Source: Malacoraja senta
Lineage: Eukaryota
DNA: 64,000 bases
Assembly (NCBI GenBank): GCA_038087875.1
Contig: CM075990.1
Span: 5,520,001-5,584,000 of the forward strand
Direction: 5' to 3'
In this document: positions 12,667 to 25,962 of the stretch, one piece after another
Numbering within the stretch: position 1 is the stretch's first letter
Layout: every line of letters starts with the position of its first letter
The notes under the pieces: generated by a model
What the model was told of the DNA's origin: nothing
Database searches by the model: none
What the model saw: the letters and a program-made list of their open reading frames with translations, nothing else
Made by a program: the position numbers and the translations under genes

Positions 12667-13928
12667 TTGGGAAAGTGCTTACGTCCCACTCTTCAGCAGT
12701 GATACATAGTGGTGGGCAACTCTAATGACACACCAATGGACCCAAGTGCTACACTGTATCTGGGGGGGGCCAATATCTCATTTTCTTATCTCCATAATCA
12801 GAAGCCAAACAACAATTGGTGCTGGTGGAACCATGCACTCGTCTGCTGTGTAAAATCAGAATGCATGGATTTGGAAACTATTGTCTACAGGTCATCACAG
12901 CCTTCCAGCAATCTGTCTAACTACAGGTTACCAGCACTGTTGATAGAGCATAAAGCTGCTGATCTCCCCCAAGATGACAGTTTTTCTCCACTCACCACTG
13001 CCGGTTGGCCGGTGCCTCAGATAGTCCGTGTTAACCAGCTGGTTCACACCGCACCAAATGGCACAATGTGAAGTTGGGCCTTCTGAGGCCACAGCTGCTC
13101 AAGGTTATTTCTAAGACCATCTGACTTACCCCGCCCCCCCCCCCCCCCATTGAAAGTCAGCACCTTTCGCCAGCCAAGCTGCAGTCACTAGACTTCCCTG
13201 CATTGAGCCCTAGTGCAGGGAAACGCACAGGAAGGAAAGCCATAAGCTGACTTGTTGATGTTTTAATGCAGAATTACACGTTTGATTTGGAAATTTAGCT
13301 TGGGATACTTATACCGTGTTGGCTTTCTGTATCTCAGCCAAGGGCATGCTATATGGCCAAACACCTAGGGAAGGCGAGAAATGATTGTGCCGAATGGGAA
13401 CCTGGGGCTGTATCTATTAATTTCACTATTGGGCTGACTCCATTTATGTCACAAATATTGGTGGGTGCATTGGATGCTATTTTTAGATTCAATTCGGCAG
13501 GCCTAGACCCAAACGAAAATCCCTACACACAAAAAACTGTGACAGACTCTGACTCTATGATTAAGGATGAAAATATCTTATGGCTGCAAGAAGAGGAAAT
13601 GGTTCCGATTTAAGCAGATCAGGAGCAAATACAAAGGAAATGAGAGTCAATGGAGGCAGTGTCAGTAAAAGTGATTTGGATATATGTCATTTAAAATGAA
13701 TTAACAGAAGCTGAAGTGATAACACATACTAATGGGATATTATGATCCATTATATCCACAATGAGAAGTCAGGTAAAGCTTTGTTGCATTATTTGGAGAT
13801 AACAGGATTAGCTCGTGTTAGGGTCCTTTTATTGAAAGTGAGGATTGATAAATTAGTTATGGAATTAGTGGAAACTCATTCTTTTGACATCTATAGAAGC
13901 CTTTCAAAGGAAAGGACCATGCTCTTAC

Positions 13929-14048
13929 CTCATCATAGTCTCTGAAAAATGGGTTCACCAATAACTGCCTCTTATCCACTTTGTCACAAAGTTCTCTGAG
14001 CAGAGTCTCCAGTCTTTTCTCTTCTTCATCCGTTAGCTTTGTCCCTAG
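13929..14048 (-). CDS. EF-hand repeat gene, exon 9 (LGTKLTDEEEKRLETLLRELCDKVDKRQLLVNPFFRDYDE)
   Basis: ttcactccgacag acceptor, gtaaga donor, 120 nt, phase 0 to 0. PFFRDYD motif. Confidence 0.9.
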
Positions 14049-14420
14049 CTGTCGGAGTGAAAGAATGCCAGTGAACTGCATAGAAGTATCTTCTTGATGC
14101 TAAACCTTTATAAGTCTTAGGCTAGAATGTTAATTCATTGCATCACGCGCATGTGGTTCACAAAAGCCCATCAGGGCCAGTCCGATAGTTACGGAAGAAA
14201 GTGAAGATAGACACATAACTCAGTGGGACAGGCACCATCTCTGGAGAGAAGGAATGGGTGACGATTCGGGTTGAGACCCTTCTTCAGACAGAGACTCCAT
14301 GAGTCTCATACTCAATGTCTCGACCGATGAAGGTGAACATACCATACAACTCTCACTAAAATTACTACTTCTGCTGACTATATCACTACTTCTTGCTCAT
14401 ATTATTACTACAGCTTGTAT

Positions 14421-14492
14421 AGGGAGCACCTGGATTTGAACTGGGGACCTCTCGATCCACATTCAAATGCTCTGCCACTGAGCTATAACCCT
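14421..14492 (-). pseudogene. tRNA-Cys-derived pseudogene (72 nt)
   Basis: AGGGTTATAGCTCAGTGGCAGAGCATTTGAATGTGGATCGAGAGGTCCCCAGTTCAAATCCAGGTGCTCCCT aligns end to end with vertebrate tRNA-Cys(GCA). The acceptor stem has two mismatches, the anticodon loop is altered, and no T-run terminator follows. Confidence 0.8.
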
Positions 14493-14885
14493 CAAACATA
14501 AAGGTCATGATTGTCTCCGCAACTTCACATGTGGTCATTTCCATGAACTCATATTGCACCACTTTCTGCTTCAATGCATAGAAACTGGATTGTACAACTC
14601 CATGTATTTTTGCACCATATGATCCCACCCTGTGGGGCCGAGGTGTTTAGTTTGTAAAGTCTGCAATTTTCGCTTTCAATCCTTTGTCCATGCAGAAAGA
14701 GCATCTCCCTGACCAAGAGAGGACCCCCTGAGCAATTAAATTATCTGCTTCTCCTTGGATATCACATTTATCCTATCCTCCACGCACATATCCTCCACAC
14801 CTGCTTCTGACAGTAACCCTACTTCATGTACCATGAACCCAGTGGACTTTGCTTGGGAGTGAATGCATAACATCTGACAGCTCAC

Positions 14886-14959
14886 CTTGAACAGACTTCC
14901 ACTTGGTGGCTTGTACACCTCCGCTCTGGGAAATTTTTCCAAATGAGGAATACTATATG
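14886..14959 (-). CDS. EF-hand repeat gene, exon 8 (AYSIPHLEKFPRAEVYKPPSGSLFK)
   Basis: tttctttctgcag acceptor, gtgagc donor, 74 nt, phase 1 to 0. Confidence 0.88.
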
Positions 14960-15060
14960 CTGCAGAAAGAAATGTTTGTGATCATTTTGATATGTCTTGG
15001 TTACACACAAACACACGTACATGATTGCACGCATGCATGCATGCACGGGCACACGCATTT

Positions 15061-15062
<2 letters not shown>

Positions 15063-15111
<49 letters not shown>

Positions 15112-15116
15112 CGCAC

Positions 15117-15207
<91 letters not shown>
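15063..15207. repeat. (CA)n microsatellite, ~145 bp
   Basis: Directly visible; accounts for the CV/HT-repeat ORFs. Confidence 0.98.
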
Positions 15208-15209
<2 letters not shown>

Positions 15210-15844
15210 TAATTCATTCAATCTCATTTATCAAACAAGATTATAAAGGTCCTGATTGTCCACTATTACATTAAAAATAAACAATTTGTTCAACTGAACC
15301 AAACCCTCCTGTGAGTTGCGTTGACTAGATGGATTGGTGGCGGGTGGGTCTAAGGGGAACGGCATTGAGAGAGAGTGCAACAAAAGACCAAACGCACAAT
15401 TAAATAAATGGAATTCTGAGTCATTTTAAAGGCAAGGAGCGAGGTTAATAAGACAAAGAGGTTTGTGAGAACTTTCTGGCAGATGGAGACTATAGTGAAC
15501 AAGTGACTAATTTATGATTATGAACCACATGAAGCAAGAAGTCAATCTGTACATAAACCTAACAAACCATCTCTTCTGCGCAACATGAACCATACCTTCC
15601 ATATTTTTGTTTGTACCTTAATCACAAATATGACTTCTCATTGTAAGGGAATATGATGTCTGGGTTTTTTTAGGGGAGGAAGATTGCAACCTTCACGTGG
15701 TCCGCCCTGTTTCGACGAATGCAATCAACCTGGCGTGCACAATCAAGTAAGATCAAATAGAACAAGTTGTCCTGCAACTTTAGGCTGTGCACGCCATACG
15801 CAAGAAGAAGAAGATGTCTATTTTTATATCAAGGCTACTTTGAG

Positions 15845-16225
15845 ATGTGTAGGAAGGAATTGCAGATGGTGGTTTAAACCGAAGATGGATACAAAAAGCT
15901 GGAGTAACTCAGTGGGCAGACAGCATCTTAGTCCGGAGGGATTGGACCAGGGGAGGATAGGATGGAGTCAAGGTATGTGGAAATTATTTCAGTGGGGCAG
16001 GAACAGACAGAAAGAATGGGTCTACCAGGGCAGTTGTGTTTATGGATTATGGGGAGAAGGTAAAACCAGGCCGTGCGGGGCTGGAGAACGATAAGATTGG
16101 AGGCTGTGGATGGCAGAGAGCCGGAAGTGATAAAATTGGAGATGATGGCAAGGTGCTCATCTGTGGGGTCATGGTCCAAGGGTAGGTATGACCCACTGAG
16201 TTACTCCAGCTTTTTGTGTCTATCT
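15845..16225 (-). mobile_element. Penelope-like RT fragment between inverted terminal-repeat pieces
   Basis: NLIVLQPRTAWFYLLPIIHKHNCPGRPILSVCSCPTEIISTYLDSIL matches the PLE RT motif Y.LPKIHK...PGRPIVS. Confidence 0.8.
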
Positions 16226-16793
16226 ACTTTGAGCTGTATGTGTTTAAGTTTTTTTTATTTTAGTTTTCCAAATACAAACCAATAATCCCACCAAAAGTTC
16301 ACCCATCCACCTGTCATTGAAAAAAAAATTGTATGCAGCCCTATCTCATTTGGGTGATATGGTCCTGAAAGTCACTGATTTCTTATGGTAGTTTAATTAG
16401 TTACAAGATATGAGGAGATGATTCTGCTTATTCCTCTTAAATGTGTTATTCCTCAATTACGTGATGGTTCAGAATGACTAAAGGCTGATTTACATGGATA
16501 GGATAGGTTTAGAGGGACATGGGCCAAACACTGGCAGATGGGGCTATTGTAGATGGGACATGATGGTCAGTGTGGGCAAGTTGGGCCGAAGGGCCTGTTT
16601 CCATGGTGTATGACTCTATGACTCTATGACCCTATGATAGAACCTTCTGCCATTCATTTGACATGGCAAGGGTAACCTGATTGTGAGAATAGGAGAATTT
16701 CTGGAGCCAAACATTGTCAACATGTTAGTTCTCTTTTCTATAATGAAGGAGTTTCAGAATGTGAACGCAATGATCTCGGAGGAGCTCCCTCAC

Positions 16794-16929
16794 CGTGTTC
16801 CATCACATCACAGAAATCACGATAGCGAACTTTGCCATCCGGTGTGCCAAAGCATCTGAGAAGTATCTGGATGTCTTGCTCTGTCAAGATACCTTCTCTC
16901 CCACAAATCAAATGCAGGCCTCGTACAAA
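16794..16929 (-). CDS. EF-hand repeat gene, exon 7 (FVRGLHLICGREGILTEQDIQILLRCFGTPDGKVRYRDFCDVMEH)
   Basis: gttttccacag acceptor, gtgagg donor, 136 nt, phase 0 to 1. DGKVRYRDF EF-hand. Confidence 0.9.
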
Positions 16930-17219
16930 CTGTGGAAAACATTTTGTAATGTTAATGAATAAGATGCTACATGGCAGGTTGGTTCAGAGAATTAAGGCAC
17001 ATGGGATCCAAGGCGAGCTGGGTAATTGTATCCAAAACTGGCTTGATAATAGGAGGCAGCAAATAGTGGTGGGGGGATGTTTCTCTGATTGGAAAACTGT
17101 GATCAGTGGGTACTATAGTTGATGCAGATACCCTTATTCTTTGAGATATATATTAAGATATCTTTGAGATAGATGTATTGGATGTGAATTTAGCAAGTAT
17201 TATATGTAAGTTTGCGGAT

Positions 17220-17545
17220 GACAATAGACAATAGACAATAGGTGCAGGAGTAGGCCATTTGGCCCTTCGATCCAGCACTGCCATTCAGTAGGGGAAGGAG
17301 GCCTACTCCTGCACCTATTTTCTATGTTTCAATGTGATCATGGCTGATCATCCCCAATCAGTACCCCGTTCCTGCCTTCTCCCCATATCCCCTGACTCTG
17401 CTATTTTTAAGAGCCCTATCTAGCTCTCTCTTGAAAGCATTCAGAGAACCTGCCTCCACCACCCTCTGAGGCAGAGAATTCCACAGACTCACCACTCTCT
17501 GTGAGAAAAAGTGTTTCCTCGTCTCCGTTCTAAATGGCTTACTCA
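17220..17545 (-). mobile_element. CR1 3' fragment with inverted tail insert, nested in an older plus-strand CR1 (~16955-18260)
   Basis: KPFRTETRKHFFSQRVVSLWNSLP; older flanking CR1 reads HGRLVQRIKAHGIQGEL..WLDNRRQ. Confidence 0.88.
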
Positions 17546-18619
17546 ATGGATGACCTGAGAGTTGGCGGTGTTCTGCGTGACGAGGAAGATTAAAGTTGCA
17601 ACAAGATGAAGATCAGATGCAGATGGATTTGAATCTTGACAAATGCAAGATGATGCACTATGCAGTCAAATATGGATAGGTCGTATACTGTAAATGGTAG
17701 GGCACGAAGGAATGTAAATGAATGGAGAAACCTTGGATTGTAGTCCATAGTTCCATGAAAGTAGCAACACTAGTTCAACAGGATTTGTGAGGAAGATCTA
17801 TAGCATGCATGTCGAGGTAGAGAATATAAAATTGGGAACATTAAGTTTCAACTTTACATACCAATGTTTATACTGCACATGGAGTCTTGCCTGCAGTTTT
17901 GATCACACTGTAGGAAGAATGAGGTTGCACTGGAGAATGTGCTTTGCAGATTCTCCAGGTGGCTGTCTGGATTGGAGGACTTTGCTAATGGGGTGAGATT
18001 GGATAGGCTGGAGTGAAAGAGGCTGGGGGAGTGATCTGATAGAAGTATGTAAAATTATGTTGGGTAAACAGTCAGAATCCTTTTCATGTGGCAGGGGTAT
18101 CAAAAACAAGAGGAGTTAAGGTGAGTGGAATGAGTTTTAAGAGGGACTTGAGGGGAAGGTATATTACACAGAGACTGGTTGACATCTGTAACTCGCTGCC
18201 AGAAGAGGAAGTGGAGTCAGATACATTTAAGGAACATTTAGACAGGCAATCAAAATATATCAAAGACCATTCTCCCAGTTGCTGAGATTGTAGGTTCAAC
18301 TTCCTTTCAAAAATATCCAGGGTCATTACATCAACATTTATATTCTGATGCAGATTTTGTTTATATGTTTTACTAATAATCTGGTGGCTTCAGCTGCATC
18401 TCCTGCTATCATCTATTCTGGTGCTCTTAGAAGGCTAAAGTGCAGAGAAAAAACTTTACAGATATAAACACATGGGGAGATAAAACTAAATAAAAGAAAG
18501 GGAGCAAAAAATGGACAGAAGCAACAGTGTAACATAGGTTGCCCTGGTTAGAGAAATATCTTATTCTCCAGCTAAAAGGAGTGAATGCTGCACAGGCATT
18601 TTCTAAGATAATGCTCTGG

Positions 18620-18865
18620 TTTAGTTTAGAGATACAGCAGGGAAACAGGCCCTTCGGCCCACCGAGTCCCCGCCGACCAGCGATCCCTGTACACTAGCAC
18701 TATCCTACACACTAGGGACAATTTACAATTTTTACTGAAGCCAATTAACCTACAAACCTGTGAGACTTTGGAGTGTGGGAGGAAACCGGAGCACCCGTGG
18801 AAAACCCGCATGGTCACGGGGAGAACGTACAGGCAGCAACTCTACCACTGCGCCACCGGGCCACC
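18620..18865 (-). mobile_element. V-SINE (HE1-like), internally deleted
   Basis: Reverse complement of the same SINE consensus. Confidence 0.8.
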
Positions 18866-19003
18866 CATTAGTTGTCACATTGGTATTGCTGATACTGAAG
18901 CCTACTGCATGGACAAGCGGGGTTGTGGCCTATTCCTGCTGCTATTTTGTAAGATTTTACATTTTTAATAACTCCTTCCTTCTGCACAAAGAGCCATGCT
19001 CAC

Positions 19004-19135
19004 CTGACTTTCTGTGACAAGACCACTGTGCAGTTTGTCGTAATCCTTGAAGAATTCTGGCGTTCGAATCCCTTTAAGGAAAACAACATCCCGGATTTTG
19101 TCAAACACCTCCAGAATCTCAGGCGATTTGGGTAA
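19004..19135 (-). CDS. EF-hand repeat gene, exon 6 (LPKSPEILEVFDKIRDVVFLKGIRTPEFFKDYDKLHSGLVTESQ)
   Basis: catttacag acceptor, gtgagc donor, 132 nt, phase 0 to 0. Repeats exon 1 (KIR..V...IR..E.F.DYDKLHSG). Confidence 0.92.
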
Positions 19136-20397
19136 CTGTAAATGATGCACAAACCAAATCAGCCCTATAGTTTCAGTCAACGTTATGATTAACTTAGTTT
19201 GGCATTTGTTTTCATGGGGATTATTTCAGGGTAATAAAAGTTTTTTTTTAATCTATCCATAAGGGAAACTTTCAATTTTAATACCCATTGCTAGTCATAT
19301 AATCACTACTAATTTGTGTGTGTAGTGAAGAATGTGGAGGAGTCACTGTGGTGGATGTTTATGTTAAAATGAATTTTGTGTGTTCTGTTGCTTTTTATTA
19401 TTATTGGCAAATGAAATTGGCACTGACTTGGCTAATGAAATTCCTCGTTTGTTGCAAAACATACTTGGCTAATTAAATATTAGTGTACTGTATTGTGTTA
19501 GCTACAGAGTAAAAGCTCCATTAGAAAATATCATAATAAGTTGTACAAATTACTCCTTGATCAAATAGAGAACAGGTTGGACGTGAAATAGAACACATAA
19601 TGCACTACAAATTTTGTTTCCCAACATTTCCTATCTCTCCCAGTCAAAGATCTGCTACATGTTGTAGAGTTTTAGACATACAACAAGGAAACAGGCCCTT
19701 CATCTCACCAGGACAATGTTGCCCAGCAGACCCCTCTAGTCCCTCATATTCTACCACCCACCTCAGGGCAGTTTAGAGTGGACAACTAACCTACCAATCT
19801 GTTTGTCTTTGGGATATGGAAAGAAACTGGATCATCTGGAGGAAACCCACATAGTTAAAGGGAGAATGTGCAATGCAATAAATATGGGATTTATTGGCCG
19901 GGTGTGGCTCGTAGTGTACCTATAGGTTGTCTCATTATTATCATTCTTACTTAATCATGTTTAATCATGCAATGAAAAATAGAAAAAGAGGTGACATGTT
20001 CCATTTCTAGAAACTAGCCAGTAAATGTCACAATAGGATCTTTTTCAAGAAGACATCAATGATTCCAATTTAAAAGCTGCTTCTTTGAGAGAGAAATATC
20101 ACATTTGTTTGAGAAAAAAATGGATTTCCTATTATTATTCTTTATTCCAAGATTATTGGTCTGGGAGAGAGCTGTTTACATATCAATTAAAGTCTGGGGT
20201 TAAGCTTCTAATTTGTGTATGAAGGTCCTGCAAAGGGGATGTTGGGTAGCCAAATAAGGAAATATGAAATGGAGTAGTTAGAGTGCTCACAAGAACTTAA
20301 CAATGGAGTAGTTAGAGTGCTCACTTAATTTTATTGTGCAAACCAACAGTTATGTCACTGCTTCCACCAAATGCAATTTTGGAATGAAAGTTGCTAA

Positions 20398-20697
20398 AGG
20401 GCCTGTCCCACGCTTCGAGTTCACCCAAGAGCTCTCCCGAGTTTAAAAAAAAATCAAACTCGTGGTAAATACGTAGAATGTACGTAGCGGGTACGTCGGA
20501 GCTCGTGGATGTCTCGTAGCGGCTCGTAATGCTAACGGCAGGTACTCGGGAAACGCGGAAACTCGTGAAGTTTTTTCAACAGTGTGAAAAATTTCCAAGA
20601 GTAAAAAAATACTCGTGATGAGGTACCACGAGATGGATTTTTTTTTTTTTAAACTCGGGAGAGCTCTTGGGTGAACTCGCATCGTGGGACAGGCCCT
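20398..20697. mobile_element. PIF/Harbinger-like MITE (300 bp)
   Basis: AGGGCCTGTCCCAC...GTGGGACAGGCCCT, long TIRs, TAA/TAA TSD. Confidence 0.85.
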
Positions 20698-21508
20698 TAA
20701 CTTATGAACAAGGCCAGCTATTAGCCTTTCTCTGTGTTGTGAACATGGCGTAAATGTCCTACGGGCATTTCACATCCCATTTCCAACCCCTCCTCCCTAC
20801 TTCTCGAGCATTCGCTTACCCACTGAAAATCACCACAAAATGCCAAAGCCATTTTACATTGTCATAAGAAACCCCCAAAAAATAGGGAAATACAAGGAAT
20901 GGTTGAAACGAAGGACCTAACCGAAGGACCAAGGAGAAGAAGCATCAAAATACCAAAATGTACATGAACATCAAATACCACACATGGAAACCCAGGCGGT
21001 GAAACACAGTTGTATTGAAACCTAAAGAAGACATTAAGAAGCAAACACAGAGCTCCTAAAAGCAAAGAATAAACAATAAAATCCAAATAAATAAACTATA
21101 CAAAACCAATGAAGGGGGGGGGGGGGTGCCGCTGAGAACAAAGGGGGGACTTGGCGGGGGTGGGCACTGAGAATGAAGGGAGTCTTCGCGGAGGGAGGGA
21201 GGGGGGGCAGCTGCCACTTGCGGCGGCAGGCTGAAGATAGGTCAGTTCGGTGAACCTCTGTCACTTTGTCGGCACCAGAAACGTGGCAACCCTCGTGTAC
21301 TGTCTAAGTGAGGTCTGCTGTATGATTTTACCGGGTTGGATGCAAAACAAAGCATGACAGCACCTAGGTACATGTGAGAATGAAGTGTAATTTAAGCATT
21401 GAATTGAATCATTGAAACCCCTTTCGAGGACCGCAATTGCAGCTGCGGCCAAGGAAACGTCAAAATCGGACAGAGGAGTGAAACCCTGTGTGGTTTTCTT
21501 GCACCTAC

Positions 21509-21706
21509 CTCAGGTGGCCAGTACCCATATGGAATAGTTGGCCCAGCTGGGGCATCTGGTTCCATGCTCTTGGTCCTCTTGTGAACATCGTCACAAAAGT
21601 TTATGTAGTTGATGAAGCCGGGCTTCTCTGGCACTGCATAGTGGGAGGCAATCATTGATACCATCTCGTCCGACAGACCAGTGGGACGTATAATACTACG
21701 ATAGAA
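21509..21706 (-). CDS. EF-hand repeat gene, exon 5 (FYRSIIRPTGLSDEMVSMIASHYAVPEKPGFINYINFCDDVHKRTKSMEPDAPAGPTIPYGYWPPE)
   Basis: tttcttccccag acceptor, gtaggt donor, 198 nt, phase 0 to 0. Completes QF and carries INYxxF; follows a ~15.9 kb intron. Confidence 0.88.
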
Positions 21707-23233
21707 CTGGGGAAGAAATGGCAGAGAAATCCCAAGTTAGGCATGAATACTTAGTTCATTTTAGAGAATCACCGGTAATGCAGAGAATTAATTCCGCCAG
21801 TGTATTTTGGACTAATGCAGGAGCTTGATCGCCCCGATGAAGAGGGCCCGGCCACTGGCTACGGGAGCCAAGATCGCCCCGTCAACGAAAGGCTCAAGGC
21901 CCCCGACCGCGGGAGAACAAAGAAAGGATGAGATTGAACCGTTTTTCGCCTTCCATCACAGTGAGGAATGTGGAGGAGTCACTGTGGTGGATGTTTATGT
22001 TAAAATGTATTTTGTGTGTTCTGTTGCTTTTTATTGGTATGATTGTATGGCAAATGAAATTCCTCGTATATGTTGCAAAACATACTTGGCTAATTAAGTA
22101 AGATTATGATGATTATGATTATGATTATGATGGTCAACGGAAGAGGGCTTGTACAATAATTCCAGTTACAGTATATGCTATGCATATCATAATCAAGTAC
22201 ATAACGTGGTATTTCCTTTGATAGAATCAAAAAACTGTAATAGCAAAGGAGGCCATTCATCCCATTAAATTTGTTCATTATAGAGCAATCCAGTCAGTCG
22301 GATGTCCCTGGTTATTCCCCATTACCTGTAAAGTATTACTTTCAAACACTAATTGAATTATTTTTCAATGGCCACAGTTGCATCTGCGCCCACCACAGTT
22401 TCAGTCAGTAGAATCCAGATCATAACCATTCACAGTCTAATGGATTTTCACCCTGTGTCCTTTCCCCATCTGAATCTGTAGGGTTCAGATGGATGAGCTG
22501 CAAAACCAAACCAATCAGTGAGAAAGCTCTTCTTCTGCCTCGGATGATATGGCCCACAAGTCTTGGACTAACTCACTGTATTGTGCTGCGGACCCAATAA
22601 TTACCACAGGCCACCATCCTCCCACCACCCAACATCATCAAATGTTATAATTCCTCCCGTGACTGTGTCCAGGGACCACAACAGTCCTTTCAGATGACGC
22701 AGAGGTTCACTTGCACCTCCTCCAACCTCATCTACCGTATCTGCTATTCCAGGTGTGGACTCCTATATATCGGCGAGAGTTAGTGCATTGTTTTGCTGAA
22801 CACCTTCGCTCAGTCCGCCTTGGCCTACACGATCTCCCAAGCACATTAACACCCCATCCCATTCCCATACTGACCCGTGGCCCCACTCTCAAAGTGATCA
22901 TCTTTATATTTCAGTGCACTCAGTGCTTGTCTTGTGTGAGGTTCACCATCACTTTCCATAGACTGGGGAAGAGGAATTGTTTCCATCAGCTAGAGTTCCA
23001 AGCTTTGGCAGCTGGATGAGAAACGCTGTCGCAGTCAAATCTTGGGGAGGTGGGGAGGTCTTTAACCCATTAGGAGGGTGAGCTTTGGAACAGGCACTAT
23101 GGTAAATTCACAATGGAAAAGGTGAGTCCAATGTGAAGTTGCAGTCTAGGATTCAGACTACAATCAGTAAACTCTCAGAGGACCAGGTTTGCATTTGGAA
23201 AAAAAAACATGGAACCAAGTCACTCCAGCACTT

Positions 23234-23667
23234 AGTCATAGAGTCATAGAGGTATACAGTGTGGAAACTCGCCCACACCGGCCAACAATGTCCCACCTAC
23301 CCTAGTCCCACTTGCCTGCGCTTGGTCCATAACCCTCCAAAGCTGTCCTATCCATGTATCTGTCCAGCTGTTTCTTAAACAATGGGACAGTCCCAGCTTC
23401 AACTACCTCTTCTGGCAGCTTGTTCCATACACCTATCAACGTCTGTGTGAAGAAGTTACCCCTCGGATTCCTATTAAATCTTTTCCCCTTCACCTTGAAC
23501 CTATGTCCTCTGGTCCTCGATTCCCCTATTCTTGGTAAACATCTCTGTGCATCTACCCGATCTATTCCTCTCATGATTTTGTATACCTCTGTAAGATCTC
23601 CCCTCATCCTCCTACGCTCCATGGAATAGAGTCCCAACCTACTCAACCTCTCCCTATAGCTCACACC
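23234..23667 (-). mobile_element. CR1 LINE 3' fragment (different subfamily)
   Basis: SYRERLSRLGLYSMERRRMRGDL...GVWNKLPEEVVEAG. Confidence 0.9.
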
Positions 23668-24886
23668 CTAAAACTCACACTTTGTATCTTTTTGCCTTTA
23701 GATTCGTCAATCATTCATTAAGAACAACCTTAATAGCAGCTTATGAATTTAACACGGAGCATAGATTTCCCAAGGTTCCTGAAACTTACCAATTTAACCA
23801 TAATAAAACCCCATGAATTAGAGCAACAAAATGGTAGCAAGTGGGAATATCACCTCCTTCAATATCTTCTCTCAGGCACACACCATATTGTTGCAGGATC
23901 TCTTTCCAGAAACTCTGTATGCAATAACAGCTGCACCACCAATACTGCAGCAGTTCGACACGGTAGCTCACTGCCACCTTCTGATGGTCAATTAGGGAAT
24001 AACAATAAATGTTGTTCATGGGGTCATAGAGTCACACAACATGGAATCAGGCCTTTCAGCCCATCAGGTCTGTGCTGACCCTCAAGCAACCATTTATACT
24101 AATCCAACACAAATTCCATTTTGAATTCTAATCAGAAGAAGGGTCCCGACCCGAAACGTTGCCTATTAACGTTCTCCAGAGATGCTGCCTGACCCGCTGT
24201 GTTTCTCCAGTGCTTTGGGTATATTTTGGTAAACTGATATCTGCAGTTCCTTGTGTCTACCAATTCCTTTTGTCTACCAATGCGGACACGGTGGGCCGAA
24301 TGGCCTGTTTCCACGCTGTATCTCTAAACTAAAACTAACCAAACTAAACGACTGGAGCCTCAGGAAGATCAGAGGGCTGCCCCCTACTGGTGGCACATAA
24401 GAGAAGAGCCCATGAGAGGGAGTTAACTCACTGGACAGCAGAACATGCACACACAGCTCAGGGGTCCAGATTGGAAAACTTGTCTTTGAAAGGCCCAGGA
24501 TATTCCAGTGGATGGCTACAGCGTGCAGCCTCCTCGAACACTTCTCCCCATTGCACCTAATGCAATGGATAGGCAACGATTCAGGTCAGAAGCTTCCACA
24601 GATGCTGCCGGACCCTCTTAGTGACTTTGGCACTTTGTGTTTTACTTAAGATTCCAGCATCCACGCCTCTCAGTGTCTCCCCATTGTACCTGATGGGCAC
24701 AGACTACTAGTGACTGTGAAAGTCACCATTATCTTCACCTTTAGAATACTTCCAGGACTCTCATTAATTTTGAACCATGCATCTTGCGGAAGAAGGAATC
24801 ACAACGGAATCAGATGACTAGGGTTTCCTTTTCAAGGGTTGACAATTACGCAATGAACGGGTTTGCAGTTCATTAGTTCATAGGTT

Positions 24887-25221
24887 ATAGCAGCAGAATT
24901 AGGCCATTTGGCCCACCTTGATTTCTTGATTAGTACGGGTGTCAGAGGTTATGGGGAGAAGGCAAGAGAATGGGGTAAAGAGTGAGAGATAGGTCAGCCA
25001 TGATTGAATGACGGAGTAGACTTGATGGGCTGAATGGCCTAATTCTACTCCTATCACTTGTGAACTTATGACCGATGGACCATTGAGTCTACTCCGCCAT
25101 TCAATCTTGGCTGGTCTATCTTTCTCTCTCAACCCCATTCTTTTGCCTTCTCCCCAATACCTCTGACACCTGTACTAATCAAGAAATCAAGATGGGCCGA
25201 ATGGCCTAATTCTGCTGCTAT
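24887..25221. repeat. Inverted repeat with ~140-bp arms built from CR1 3' UTR pieces
   Basis: 24887-25028 is the reverse complement of 25080-25221, with scattered mismatches. Confidence 0.85.
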
Positions 25222-25605
25222 CAGTGCAACGTACGGAACACACAACTCCAAATCTATTCCCTGAGTCCCATCAATCATAGACATCTCTATTCTGATAATG
25301 TGCAGGTAATATTTGATCATAGAATCTTTGTCCATGTCTGGGCAAGATACTTGAGCAGCTGCCATACTTCATTCATCCAGTAGTAATCCAAGCTCCTTGA
25401 AGCATTCGAATCTCCATGAATATACATGCCAGATGTTGCGTATGGAACATATATTACTGAAAACTGGACACGTGGCTGATGATTCTAATGAGGAATCCGT
25501 GCAGTGAGACGACCCAAGATGTGACAGGCAAAACCATTTCTGTCCTCAGAAATTTGACTGAGTTAGCCATATAATGCTGAGCAATGCTAACTGCCCTGTT
25601 GTGTA

Positions 25606-25962
25606 GAGGTCCACCACCGATTTTCTGGCACCCTAGGTTCCAGAGTCTTTCTGGATTATCCGGTTTGCCGGACCAACATAGGTCACGGCCTGGGGGGGGA
25701 GGGTGTAAGATACCGGCCTGCTAAGTCAACTGCAGAAAGCGGATGTGGGAACGGATCCGGATTCGGCCCCAGCCGAGCCGGAGTTCCAGAGCTCTGGCCG
25801 CAGGGGTGGGGGGAAATTCGACCCGCCGATCGGCGTGGAAGTCACCATGAGGTTGGGATCGGCCGCCTCACCCGGCCTAGTTCTCACAATTTGGGGTGGA
25901 CTGCCAGGGGGGCGGGAGGAGGGCACAGATCACCGTTTGCCAAGAAATCGGTGGTGGACCTG
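25606..25962. mobile_element. Tc1/mariner (Tigger/pogo-like) MITE
   Basis: TA|GAGGTCCACCACCGATTT...AAATCGGTGGTGGACCTG|TA. A second, partial copy starts at 34846 (TA|CAGGTCCACCACC). Confidence 0.75.

Noticed and set aside
14882..15274. CV/HT-repeat ORFs
   Set aside because: Translations of the (CA)n microsatellite.
20268..20324. 23-bp direct repeat with an 11-bp spacer (CRISPR-like look)
   Set aside because: Only two units in a eukaryotic intron; a simple local duplication.
19324..22130. ~150-bp sequence shared by ~19324-19480 and ~21960-22100
   Set aside because: Ends in a (GATTAT)n tail, so it is most likely the 3' end of an unclassified retroposon rather than a functional duplication.
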